Shown here: positions 12,441 to 24,653 of the stretch, piece by piece
Layout of the letters: each line of letters starts with the position of its first letter
Position numbering within the stretch: position 1 is the first letter of the stretch
Source: Takakia lepidozioides
Lineage: Eukaryota > Plantae > Bryophyta
NCBI GenBank assembly: GCA_030704615.1
Contig: CM060732.1
Location: forward strand, 45,632,001 to 45,696,000
DNA length: 64,000 nucleotides
Direction of reading: 5' to 3'
Notes under the pieces: model-generated
Seen by the model: only the letters and a program-made list of their open reading frames with translations
Database searches by the model: none
What the model was told of the DNA's origin: nothing
Position numbers and translations under genes: made by a program

Positions 12441-13296
12441 GATTGAAGGGTTTAGCTTGTAAAAGCCCCTTCCTTTCTGCATGAGCACCAGGCAAGGAGA
12501 AGGAAGCACTGATTGCTAAGAAAATGCCGGCCATTTTTCCAGCTAGGGGTCGTGTTTTTTCAAAAAGGATGAAAGGGTTTGAGAGTGCTTGTTGATTAGA
12601 ATCAGGTAGAACAAGAGTGGCTTGTGGTGTGCGAGGAACTTTTTCACTCCTAATACCGTGCAAACAAACAAATGCATGTAATCCATGCAAGCCGTGTCAT
12701 ACAGGTTGTGACTTGTGACGGAAGTCCTCATGGTTGAGTTGAAGTTATGGAGAATCCTTGTTCTTTCCAATCACTTAATGCAGAAATTGCCCCGAAAAGA
12801 GTACCTTCAGTCTCTCTTTCTATGTTCTTTTCACTTCTTCTTTTCCTGCACTCTTGGCTATGAGAACTCAAAGGCTGTCCTCACATAAGTCTTCCTTGAT
12901 GAGGATCAGAAATTTCACAGAAGCAAATTGGAAATACAACTCACTCTCTTCTTTGGGGAGGGAATATGGGCCTCCGATCGGTACTCACACATGCATGAAA
13001 CTATTCCTCCAAGGATTCATTCACTCATAGGTATGGAAGAAATATTCCCATTACACCTGTCTTGATCTAATTGGAAACTCAATTGCAAGTATCGGTGGTA
13101 AGCATCAAAACACTTTGCATAGTCCAAGGAACGGCCAACAAAGCCAATCCTCCATGTCCGCTATGCCCGTTTACTCGGATCTGGGAGCTGTGGATCTGTG
13201 GATGCGTGTACAAGACATGGATCGGGGATCTGCTGCTGCAGTTTTGGTTGAAGAGAATTGGGTGGGTTGGGGGGGGGTGTGGGGGAAGAGTCGAAG

Positions 13297-16200
13297 ATGA
13301 AGCAAGCAGGTGTGATGGAGTGCAGAGCGCAGCTGTGGATGGTGGCGCTGCTGTGTGCGCTAGCGGGAGGTGCTGCAGCGCGGGGATTTGTCCAGGAGGG
13401 AGGTAGTGCTTGTGAATCGCTGCAGCCTAGTGGGTTGCAGAAGAAAACTTTCTTGTCTCCTCCATTGACGTTCCGTCCTGGGGAGGTGAGGGACAAATAC
13501 TTCGTGGTGGATGCTCCGAAGGGCCATCTGGGAATTAGGGACTTCCATGCGGAGCTGGTGGACGAGAAGGGCGTGTCTGTGCTTCTGAGCGATGTGTACC
13601 TGCACCACTGGGTCATGTATGAATTATCTGTTCCGAGCAACGATGTGAAATATATGGAGAAGAAGCACACTTCACAGTATCACTCCACCTCACACGCCGC
13701 CTCAATGGAAGCTGCTGGCACTGGCCTGAAGCTCGCAGATGAACTGAGGGTGATGCAGTTCTTTGGTGGGAAGACCAGGCGCACCAAGTCAACTATTCCC
13801 GCGCCCTTTGCAAGAGAGACTGGAGCTCCTTCCCTGCTTGCAGAGGGTTATGCGCCGATATGGGTGCTTAATGTCCACGGCATTGACACACGGGGCGCCG
13901 TCAACAAAATGGGGTGCACTGAGTGTCGGTTGGTTCTCTTCTACTCTTCTCTGAAATCTTTTACACCTGTTTTGAGGTAGTTCTCCACAGAAAGACAGAA
14001 TGTAAGGGCCTCGTCCCCGGCAGATACTAAAAGCCTTCCGAAAAGCTTCAGCCCACCAGGTTTACTTAGCCCATAATTTCAATTGATATAGCACTTAGCC
14101 GTAGCCGACAACAATCCTTTGCAGGGAGCTGAGTGGTAAAGTTAAGGGCTGATGTTGACTTCATTTTAAAAGCATGAGATCGATTCCAGCACTGCTCCTC
14201 CAGCCCCCTAGCTTGTGGCAGGTGGACACACATGTCTGTTTTAATGTGCTGTGAAACACTGTCAAGAGATTAAAGGCACCGGGAAGAAAGAGCGAGGGCA
14301 AGCTTAAAGGAACATACCTCAGAAATTGGGCAGTAGCAACGGAGTTGTGAAGCAGAGTGATATCAAATTTGCTTGTGACATCACAGATAGCTCGGGAAGT
14401 AATGACTATCAAAGTACCGTCCCTGGACAACCGTCTAGGCATTTTTGTGCCTAATAATTATTAAAAAACAAACAGACTGCTTAGGCACGTTTCTCAAACC
14501 ATTTCTTCACATTAGGCATCTTCGCCCCATAAGTTTTTTGAATTAGGCACATGAGAAGAGAAAACATTTATTTTCTTAAGAATAAAAATACATAAAAAAA
14601 ACTCAATGCCCATGGGCCCCTTGTCCCATGCCAACAGGCCCAGCTCAAATCAAGCTTGCACCTAGCCGGCCCCGCCTCATGAGTCCATACTCCACTATGA
14701 CTTTATGTCGAGTCCATGAAAGGGCCTTTGGAAGTTACATGGAGCTCTCACAAATAGATTGGGATTTGTAGGAAGTTATTTCCGCACACATATACTTGTA
14801 TTGACTTTTGTTCAATGAAATTTTCTTCTTATTACAAACAACATGAGAAGAGGCTTGAAAGTTTTTTGCTGGAATTTTTACGCATTAGGCACTGGTCCCA
14901 TAGTTTCCGAGCAATTAGGCCAAAATCTGAAAAATTCCCAAAACGCGGTAGGCACTTTCATTTTGAATTAATTATCGCCTAAACGGTTGTCCAGGGACGG
15001 TAAGCATGTGCCGTGTTAACCCTGTAACAATGGAAGGTAGAATTACAGAAGAATCTAGTGGATCGATGTACTGCCACGAGGTCTATGGTGCCCCAACGAT
15101 CCAATTGAGTTTATTATTTGCACGGTTGGTGACATGGACTTTTTGAGGGCACTGCCTTCCAACACCTCGCCAACCATTGACTCATCCTCATTGGCATCCC
15201 ACACACGACGTTGGGTATGCTTGAATGCTGCAATGTACTCCGTGTAAAACCCAAGAGCTTCATCTATTGTGTACCTTTCAGCCATACTACCTTCTGATCT
15301 GGCCTTGTTTCAAACGTACCCCTTAGGTCTTTAAGGTACCGTTCCATGGGTTAACATCACCTAGCGCTTACTGGCCCACAAATGTCTATCTCGTCCACGT
15401 GATGAATGACAAGGTGTGTCATCACATCAAACAAGGAAGGAGGAAACTCCTTCTCGAGAAGACACATTGTTAGTGCACCCTTTTGCTTCAACTGAGGAAT
15501 TTCATTTGGGTCTACTACCTTAGCACATATCTTTCTGAATACATGGCTAGGTGCATAACGGCCATCCGAGGTCCATGGGCCATCAATCCTCGGATGCACA
15601 ATGGAAGGATTTGTTGCATCATGACATGATAGTCATGAGACTTCATGGAACCCAATTTTCTACGCTCCACATGTTTCTTGAATACACCTGCATGTCCTGT
15701 GGGAACCTTCAATGTACGTAGTGTGGCAAGGAAAGTATCCATTTCACGCACTGATAGAACGTACGAGGCAGTGGGCATTACCAATGTACATGGATCTCTC
15801 TGTCCACAGTTGTATAGCCATAAGTGTGGGCGGATTCCCACTGCCTTCATGTCTGCACGATTAGAGGCTATGACAATTTGCAGTCAGTTTCGGGATTCGG
15901 GGTGAGATATACTACTCATCTCATTCCTTGCATAATGATCAGCACGTCATACTATGAATGTGTACTGGGTACTTGCTACATGTTGCATGGTTGTTCTAAT
16001 TTGGGAGGACTTGTAGGTGTGATCTTTACAATGTGACTGTGGACCGCAAAGGAAATCCTTTATCGGAAAGTTATGTGGGAGGCCTCGAGTGCTGCACAGA
16101 TGGGAGGCGCTGTGCTGTGAAGGAGGGCTTTGAAGGTGATGAGCTTGAGATGACCATCTACCTACAGGTGAACTGCTTCACCCCTTATTGTGGTCACTTG

Positions 16201-16951
16201 GTTTTCAGTGAGCAACTTCACTTTTAAATGCCCTTTTTGGACAGCTTTGGAAACCTTCAGCTGCAGATAGTACTGACTGAGTTTTGAAGTGTGGGGCATT
16301 GGATACTGTGGCTGTCCATCTTTTTGTCCCGCAGGCATATAGACATTGAAGTGGTTTTGCCCTTAATGCACGTTAGCTATTGTTGATGATGAGGTGATGA
16401 GTTGAGAGGTACTATGTACCATTCAAGTCAGGTTTTCATTTCCTGACAAAATATGGAAGTATGGCTGTATGGTGCAGTACACATGGGAATATGTTACTTG
16501 GGATGAGTGCGTTGAGCCCCTGTCACAAATATTCATCACCGCCGTCAAACAAGTCGAGTACACTGTTGAGGGATGTGGCAACACTGATCCCTCCTCTCAG
16601 GATTGTATAGATACACGTGAGAATACACTAGTTGCCCCCTTTGGAGGTGATGTGATCTTCGCAGTGTCGCACTTGCATGCTTCGGCCCTGGATTGTACTC
16701 TGTTTGGGGAAGATGGGCGTGTGATTTGCCACTCTTCTCCCATCTATGGTACTGGACAGGAGTCTGGCAATGAGATGGGCTATGTGGTTGGAATTGTGTC
16801 CTGCTACCCTGGGAGTGAAGTCTCAAAGATTGTGGAGGGAGAGCGTTTGCGACTTGAAGTGAAGTACAGCAAAGTAGGGGGTCCCCACAGTGGTTTGATG
16901 GGCCAGATGACCTTGCAGTTGGCTGCTGGGGGGATTGCTTCAGTTGTGTAA
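13297..16951 (+). CDS. Stress up-regulated Nod 19 (SURNod19) family secreted protein, copy 1
   Basis: Exons 13297-13928, 16017-16167, 16478-16951, all in phase. Signal-peptide-like start; motifs DVYLHHWV, LNVHGIDTRG..GCTECRCDLYNVT, YVGGLECC, VSHLH, ICHSSPIYGTGQESGNEMGYVVGI.SCYP. Confidence 0.88.
14417..15000. mobile_element. MITE with 24-bp TIRs and TA target duplication (Tc1/mariner-pogo type)
   Basis: CCGTCCCTGGACAACCGTCTAGGC ... GCCTAAACGGTTGTCCAGGGACGG (23/24 match), flanked by TA on both sides; the site is empty in the paralogous intron (~39053). Confidence 0.9.
15120..15859 (-). mobile_element. Internal fragment of a CACTA/EnSpm TnpD (Tnp2) transposase
   Basis: MKSHDYHVMMQQILP, LEKEFPPSLFDVMTHLVIH..ICGPV, AERYTIDEALGF motifs; frameshifted; absent from the paralogous intron. 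Confidence 0.85.
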
Positions 16952-18511
16952 CTCCTGAGCCTTAATGGGTATGGAAATTCAGTAGTGATATCTGCTGCCA
17001 CCATAAGTATTCCCTCTCTTGTTCTTATGTGTAAGAGTCCGGTTTGTTCATGGTCTATATAAAAAATGGAATCTAAAGTGTAAGTGCAGGCAGAAGTAGA
17101 GAAAGATTGTTCCCTTCATTTGTGTATAGCTGACGTACCTCTATAACTTTGTGAAGGTTTTCAGCTCAAAAACCGAGCCAGGAGTAGAACATTTTAGTGT
17201 GAGAAAGATTTGACCTTCATAGGTTACAGTGCAAACAGGGGGCATTTGTAATCGCATCACTCCAGCCTGTAACATTAGTTTCTGAATCACACAATAATGT
17301 CGTTTACTATCAGATATGCAACTGTGTCATTGTATTCTGTACCTGTCTTTGAATTCTTCCTCCATCTCTCCTCTTCCTCTGTCAGTTATGTGCTAGAATA
17401 GGTGGTAAGTCTACAAGGAAGAAAACACTGCAACCTTTCAGCAATATATGAACCATGGTTCAGGTGGCAGCTGGTCTCTACAAGGAAATAATGCTTCTGC
17501 TATAATCTGGTTTCTCTGGTTGTCACGTTGTAACCTTCACTGTCAGTGGTCAGACAAGCTTCACAAGTTGTCCACATGGTAGGCAGAATTCTCATAAATG
17601 TTAGAGTGAGAACAACAACCGTCACAATCATGGCATGCTTCGGCCTTGGATTGTACTCGGTTTTGCTTCTCTTCAAAAAAGCAAAAACCAAACTGGGAAA
17701 ACATACTCGCACTTGCCCTGAGGAGTGCTTGAAAATGGGAACTTCGAAACCTTGATATACACGACACTGCGCATATACGCATATACACCAGCACTGCATT
17801 GCAAGTCCATCTCACAGCAACCTAAGCATTCCTTGTATGTAATCTAGTTTCTGGCTCAACTTTTCAGATACCAGAGATATACAAACAGATAAGTGTGCAG
17901 AGAAATTCCCAGTTCCTCCTTCACCTGTCTCAGGAAAGTAAGTCCAGAGCAGGGTGGAATTTCACTACACGCACGTCGCCATGCAGATTCTTAGAGCACC
18001 CAGATCACGATTTTGCCAACAACAATTTACCCTAAACCATGCACCCCAACTCCCCAAGGTCAACAATGACCCATTCAATCAATGCTCCTACCGGGGCAGA
18101 TCGTCAGGTCGATCACAATTGAATGCATCTGAAAATATGACAGAAGTGTATTTGAACTCCATCTTCTTCCATTTTTTCCTCCGAAAGGAGTGGGTCAACT
18201 CCGCCTTTAAATCTTGGGCAGTAGGGACCACTGACAGAATAGGGCAATCCAAGATGCACTAGAGATCCTGCTGATCACAATTCCTTCTCCCTTTTTTGTT
18301 TCTCGCTATTGGCGTGCTTCCTATCTCGCCTATCGATCTCCTGCCGCTGCTTTCTCGCATATTTTCAGAAGCTCCGCCAAGGAGCCTACCTTTGCCTCTC
18401 GGGGCCTGGCTGCGCTCTCGTCTCCTTCTCCGTGGTGTACCACCCGTATCTGTTTGATTAGAGAAGAAGTATGCTATATTGTTGGAAGAGTTGGTAAGAG
18501 GCATTGAGAGA

Positions 18512-19324
18512 ATGGTGGCTGTACCCTACGGGGCGTCTCAAGGAACTGTCGAGTGGACGACTATGGGCAAAATCTTCGTGGCAATTGCGCATCCCGAAGG
18601 GTTTTCCCAGTCTTGGTCTGACACACATACTCACCCCAGCGTCGTAACATCGTCCACGAACAGTGTCATACCAATAGCTCCCCCACTCCACTTGTTTCTC
18701 TCATCGGTAAAAGAAAAATCCGCCCCAAGCCTAATTTGCTAGCTTCAATTTTGGCCGTGGCTGCATTCTCGCCCTTTCATGACTTTGATTTTAGTTTATC
18801 TCCCTCTACATAGCTCACCCGGAGGTGTGCTAGTTGAATTTCACGTTCTGGTCTTATCCACCTTGTTGGATCCTCTAGTCTTCAAAAAACCTCTGTTTCC
18901 TGCTAAGTTACGATGATCTCAGTTGAGGTGGAACATCATAGTATCTCACGACAATGCGGCATGGAAGCATTGCATGCACCACCAGCATCCCCAACAAACG
19001 GACACGAGATACCTTTAGAAGCGTACAATGTGCTGCACAAGCTGGCAGGGAGGTGTCCAAACGGACATCTTGGACGCTCGTGACCTCAGTTTGAGGCAGT
19101 TGAAGGGGGCGATGAGGACCAACCAGGCCTACGAAGGCCACTGGACGAAGAGATAGTCATCGCCCCAGGAAAGTGCTGGTGTGTGTCTATGGCGAGGGTA
19201 GCAACATCTTCTTCAATCGGGACAATGTATTGCGCAAGTTTGAGCGGATGTCGCGAGTGGACAGGGCCCTCATCTGTTGGCCCGATGCCCCAATGGTCGT
19301 GTTGCAGAATTTCTCGGAGCTCGG
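18512..19324 (+). pseudogene. Choline/ethanolamine kinase pseudogene, exon 1 only (copy 1)
   Basis: EIPLEAYNVLHKLAG, LRQLKGAM, KVLVCVYGEGSNIFFNR; frameshifted, with a ~460-bp insertion after codon 5. Confidence 0.8.
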
Positions 19325-20272
19325 GTCCGTCTCCCTTCTTTCATTTCCTTCCACATAATGACTTCATGCCGAATTCAGGAACAGTGCTGTTTTCTATACA
19401 GGATTTTTCTTCTTCCTTAGCTTTGTGGAATGTTCCTGAAATGTGGGTGCAAGGTGAGTAAGCATAGAAAGTAGTTGAAATACAGATCCCACCCATGCCA
19501 AATCTAGTTGATCCTTTAAAAGAATGGGCAGCAACCTAAGATCACTGAGGTGAAACATGAAATACATTTGAAACAACACATAATGTAGCAGCACATTGAC
19601 TACCCTCAATCCCTGTCAACACAACACTAATCTGAGCATGGACATCCTCCGCGGTAGTCAACCAATCGCCTGCGACCAGAAAGGGGTGACAAAATTGTGG
19701 TCGACTTGATGTATCTGTGCTAGTGATTTAACGTAAGGTGAACATGCAGGTTCCACGGTGATGCGCGTAAAGAAGCATGACATCAACGACAGAGCCAGAG
19801 GAAGAAGACACTCAAGTCTCGGAAGAATGTTCCACCCCACTTGTATCAAGGCCAACAGACACCATGTTAGAAGACACTCAGAAAAAATCCATGTAGCACA
19901 AAAAGTAGGTCTACCCACTTTCACTTGTAGCGGTAATTGCATGCACTACTATGGCTCATATGAAGGGAAAAGTTGACAATCCAAGCAGTCAAAGAGGCTT
20001 TATAGGGAAGAATGTATCATATATATATGCAGTGATGCAATCTGCGTAATGCTTCCCTTCCATCGACTGGGTCTGAGAGGCGGCAGGGGCAACTATTGGA
20101 TCGTTGTTTTTACATCCACTTGAACACACTTGCAACTAGTTTTGTTCGTCCTGATCGTTCTTTCCTTTTTGCTGGAATTGTGAACTGCGCTAGGTGGTTT
20201 GATGATTGCCACGTGTTCTAGTTCTTCCCTCCTATCAAACTAGTTTTATCTAGCGGCGGGGTTTTCTCATTA

Positions 20273-21688
20273 TGTTTCAGACACAATAAAGTGAACGTGA
20301 CATTGTGAGTACAATGATTGTGTGTCTGGTTTTACTCTCATACTTGTAATAGTTCAACAGGTTATGGGCCCAAGACTCGTGATTGAGAGTATAGGAAGCA
20401 CAAAGGAGATGGAGTAGGATAATCAAGAAATAGAATCGATGGAGTCCAAAGATTTGGCACATATTGTAAAGTTAAATGGAGAAAACTTTACCCTCTTGAA
20501 GTTTCAGATCGAGATTGTCCTGGCAGCAAAAGAGTTGCTAGAAGTCATCACTGGAGGTGAGACTGAGGAGGCAGCAATAGAGGCAGCAATAGATAAAGTT
20601 GCATGGAACAAGAAGAACAATACTGCAAGAATGATATTAAGTACGGTTGTTGACATGGATCATTTATAAATGATGGTGCAATGTAAGACTGCGAAGGATA
20701 TGTTACCACTACACACGAACAGCATTCTGCAGAGAACGTGTATATGTTGCAGCACCAATTCTACGAGTACAAGTATCAAAGAGGAGACAGTATTGCTACA
20801 CACATTTCAAGAATTGAGCATATGGCGCGGCAGCTTAATGATCTTGGAGAAGAATTTTTTGATAAAGCGATCATAAGTAAGACTGTATGCAGTCTACCGC
20901 CGAGCTATAGACATGTTCTGTTTGCATGGAGAAATGTACCTAAAAATGCCAAGACGATGAAGAACCTCACTATCAGGCTGATGGAGGAACAAAGTATGAA
21001 TAAACTGTAGGGAATAGTGGAGAGTGACACTGATAAGGCTTTCTTTACTAGGTCTGGACCAGCAAGACTAAATGACAAGAAGGGGAAAGAAAAGTCAAAG
21101 GATAACAACTACATCAAGAACTTGAAGAAGAATCGGACCACCTACAATAATTGTGGAGAGCCAGGGCATTGGGCAAGGGAGTGCACACAGCCTAAGAAGA
21201 GGAAGGAAAAAGGTGGTGAGAAGAGTGAAGCAAAAATTGTAGAGACAATTGAAGCAAACTTTGGAGGAGTGGTAGCGTTAATGACATACACTATACCTCC
21301 TGAGGAGTGGAAAAAAAACATTCATGATCAGCAAAATGGAGGAGCACATCCATAAGTTCAAGTTATACATGAGCGGATTGCAAAGATTGTCACGTGAGAG
21401 GCCATTGGACAAGCGAGGCAATGAAGTCTAAGCCATCACAGGAGACGGTTACAAGCAAAGATTGTACGAGCAAAGAACATTGCAAGGGTGAATACTCACA
21501 ATCAAAGAAACTCGACCAAGAGCAGTCGATGGATCTTAAGCATGATCATGAGGATGAAGCATTGATGGCTTCCAGCATATCCCTTGAAAATTTTGCAATA
21601 TAGTCACAGGCATTTTTCGCGGAGAGTAACGATAAAGATACCTGGTACGCTGATGATGCTGGAGCTTCGGAGCACATGATTGATCGAC
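20273..21688 (+). mobile_element. 5' fragment of a Ty1/Copia retrotransposon (LTR end, PBS, gag, zinc knuckle, start of protease)
   Basis: LTR ends ..CA at 20359 (LTR start uncertain); PBS GGTTATGGGCCCA at 20360-20372; gag KLNGENF..KFQI; CGEPGHWAREC; protease WYADD(A)GASEHM cut off at 21688. Confidence 0.85.
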
Positions 21689-23349
21689 TGTAACCCTCTG
21701 TGACCCTTTGTAACCCTCTCCACCATGTAACCCTCTGTAATACCGCAGAATGTCACTCTCACCCGTATGTAACCCTCATTCCATGTAACCCTCTCTGACC
21801 CTCTGTAACCCTCACCACCATGTAACCCTCGCTCCATGTAACCCTCTCTGACCCTCTATATCCCTCACCAGGTGTAACCCTTACCTCCATGTAACCCTCT
21901 GTAACACCGCAGAGTGTCACCCTCGCCACCATGTAACCCTCACTCCATGTAACCCTCACAAACCCTCTGTGGCTCTGTAACCTATGTAACCCTCTGTAAC
22001 ACCGCAGAGTGTCGTCCTCACCCCTTATGTAACCCTCTGTAACCCATGTAACCCTCTGTGACCCTTTGTAACCCTCACCACCATGTAACCCTCTGTAACA
22101 CCGCAGAGTGTCACCCTCACCCGTATGTAACCCTCACTCCATGTAACCCTCTCTGACCCTCTGTAACCCTCACCACCATGTAACCATCTGTAACCCATGT
22201 AACCCTCTCTGACCCTCTATATCCCTCACTAGGTGTAACCCTTACCACCATGTAACCCTCCGTAACCCTCATAAACCCTTTGTGACACCGCAGAGTGTCA
22301 CCCTCATCCCCATGTAACCCTCACAAACCCTCTGTGGCTCTGTAACCCATGTAACCCTCTGTAACACCGCGGAGTGTCACCCTCACCCCTTATGTAACCC
22401 TCACTCCATGTAACCCTCTGTAACCCATGTAACCCTCTGTGACCCTTTGTAACCCTCACCACCATGTAACCCTCTGTAACACCGCAGAATGTCACCCTCA
22501 CCCCTATGTAACCCTCACTCCATGTAACCCTCTCTGACCCTCTGTAACCCTCTGTAACCCATGTAACCCTCTGTGACCCTCTATATCCCTCACCAGGTGT
22601 AACCCTTACCACCATGTAACCCTCTGTACACCGCAGAGTGTCACCCTCGCCACCATGTAACCCTCCGTAACCCACACAAACCCTCTGTGACACCGCAGAG
22701 TGTCACCCTCATCCCCATGTAACCCTCATTCCATGTAACCCTCTGTGACCCTCCGTGGCTCTGTAACCCATGTAATCCTCTGTAACACCGTAGAGTGTCA
22801 CCCTCACCCCTTATGTAACCCTCACTCCATGTAACCCTCTTTAACCCATGTAACCCTCACCACCATGTAACCCTCTGTAACACCGCAGAGTGTCACCCTC
22901 ACCCCTATGTAACCCTCATTCCATGTAACCCTCTCTGACCCTCTGTAACCCTCACCACCATGTAACCCTCTGTAACCCATGTAACCCTCTGTGACCCTCT
23001 ATATCCCTCACCAAGTGTAACCCTTACCACCATGTAACCATCTGTAACACCGCAGAGTGTCACCCTCACCACCATGTAACCCTCACAAACCCTCTGTGGT
23101 TTTGTAACCTATGTAACCCTCTGTAACACCGCAGAGTGTCGCCCTCATCCCTTATGTAACCCTCACTCCATGTAACCCTCTATAACCCATGTAACCCTTT
23201 GTGACCCTTTGTAACCCTCACCACCATGTAACCCTCTGTACACCGCAGAGTGTCACCCTCATCCCTATGTAACCCTCACTCCATGTAACCCTCTCTGACC
23301 CTCTGTAACCCTCACCACCATGTAACCCTCTGTAACACCGCCTCGTGTA
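21689..23349 (+). repeat. Left arm: complex tandem array of TGTAACCC/TGTCACCC 8-10-bp units
   Basis: Near-continuous TGTAACCC(TC), CATGTAACCC and CCGCAGAGTGTCACCC units; reverse complement of the right arm. Confidence 0.95.
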
Positions 23350-23506
23350 CATCATACACGTGTACACTATCCGATGGCCGAATGGAGGTTTAAATAGAGG
23401 CCGAAACCCTAATTTGCTCTCTCCATCCGTTTCCAGATTCCTAGCTCGCTCGTTTTTTTGCTTTGGGGCATCAGCTTTCTGCAATTCCCATGGTGCCCAA
23501 TCGGCT

Positions 23507-23775
23507 TCACACATCATTGCGAAAGATTTGTAGTTCATTCAGTTCAGTATCGTCATCCCAGCAACATACAAGACAACGCTTTCCGCGCAACGATCCGTCA
23601 AATCTATTACTACGGTTTTCTCTACGATTGATACGGTTGTCTCTATTTTTTTTTTTTCTCAATGTCATTCTTATTGTTTTGTCACCGTCCCCGATGGCTA
23701 TGGTATTCCTAAGATCCGCATTAGGAAAGGGTTTTGTTTCTTTCGGTCTAGCCATGCAAGCAGCCGCTCATTTGA
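23507..23775 (-). pseudogene. Diverged inverted partial paralog of the N-terminal part of the ZnF-Ulp1 gene
   Basis: AAACMARPKETKPFPNADLRNTIAI versus TAACMARPKGTKPFPDAELKHAMAV at ~24897-24970. Confidence 0.6.
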
Positions 23776-24653
23776 CGGGGTGCCCATTCACTCTCCTCTC
23801 GTGTATCTTTTGTTCACACACCAGCCGGGGCAGCCTACTCATCGCTATTATGGATGCAATACGTATCGAATCATGCGTGTTTTGCAAGCACTGTCAACCG
23901 GTTACATGTCTGATGGTTTATATGACTACCTCACGTGTGCTATGGTTACACACAGGGGGTTACACGGTGTTTTCTTTCTCAATACATGCTAGCTTGGTAG
24001 ACGGTTTAGTAATGGAGGTTTAGATGGGGTTGACATGTTTGATGGGTTACGTGGATGTTGCGCTCGCGGAGCCACATAGGCTAGGGTTACATGGGTGGGG
24101 CATTACATTGACCATGTTTACCTGGAGGTTGCATACTAATGGTTTGATATGACAGGGTTACATCGATGTTGTGTTCGGGAGTCACATAGACTAGGGGTAC
24201 ATGAGGTTGTGACGAAGGGTTACATCATATGTGGGTACCTGACGGAGGGTTACACTCGACGTGCCTGGCATGCGAGTAACGGCCGGTTTGTCGCGCTCAC
24301 AAGTGTAGGGTTACGGGTTACACTCCGCTATTCCGGGTGACACCGGGATTGCAACTCATACACGTGTGAGTCAGTGCGGATATAATTGATTGCAAGCCGC
24401 CAGATTTTAATGAACCGCCGTCTTTCGCTTAACCGACGTGCCTTACGGGTGACATCTAGCTAGCTTCGTTCTTCGTTCTTTGATCATTGTTCAGTTTTCC
24501 CCTTCTCGCAGCCTTTCATATTCTTCCTGCACTCCTTGCTGTGCGTGCTCCCTGTTGTGCGTTCTTCGGAATTCTCTTGGTCTTGGTCTTTTCTTGTCTT
24601 GTCTTTTCTTGCTCTTGCTCTTCTCTTCTCTTCTGTCAGCTTTTTCTTTTGTC

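Larger units (their letters stand above)
13156..19418 (+). repeat. Duplicated block, copy 1 (SURNod19 gene + choline kinase 5' end)
   Basis: Colinear and highly similar to 37780-42245 across exons, introns and intergenic DNA, apart from three insertions specific to this copy. Confidence 0.92.

Noticed and set aside
18527-18990. Insertion in choline kinase copy 1 as a LINE RT piece (LFVDD on the minus strand)
   Set aside because: A single short motif is too weak to call.
21604-23538. ORFs with RVTWSEGY-type repeats here and at 35267-37091
   Set aside because: They are translations of the stop-poor repeat arrays in several frames, with no coding signature.
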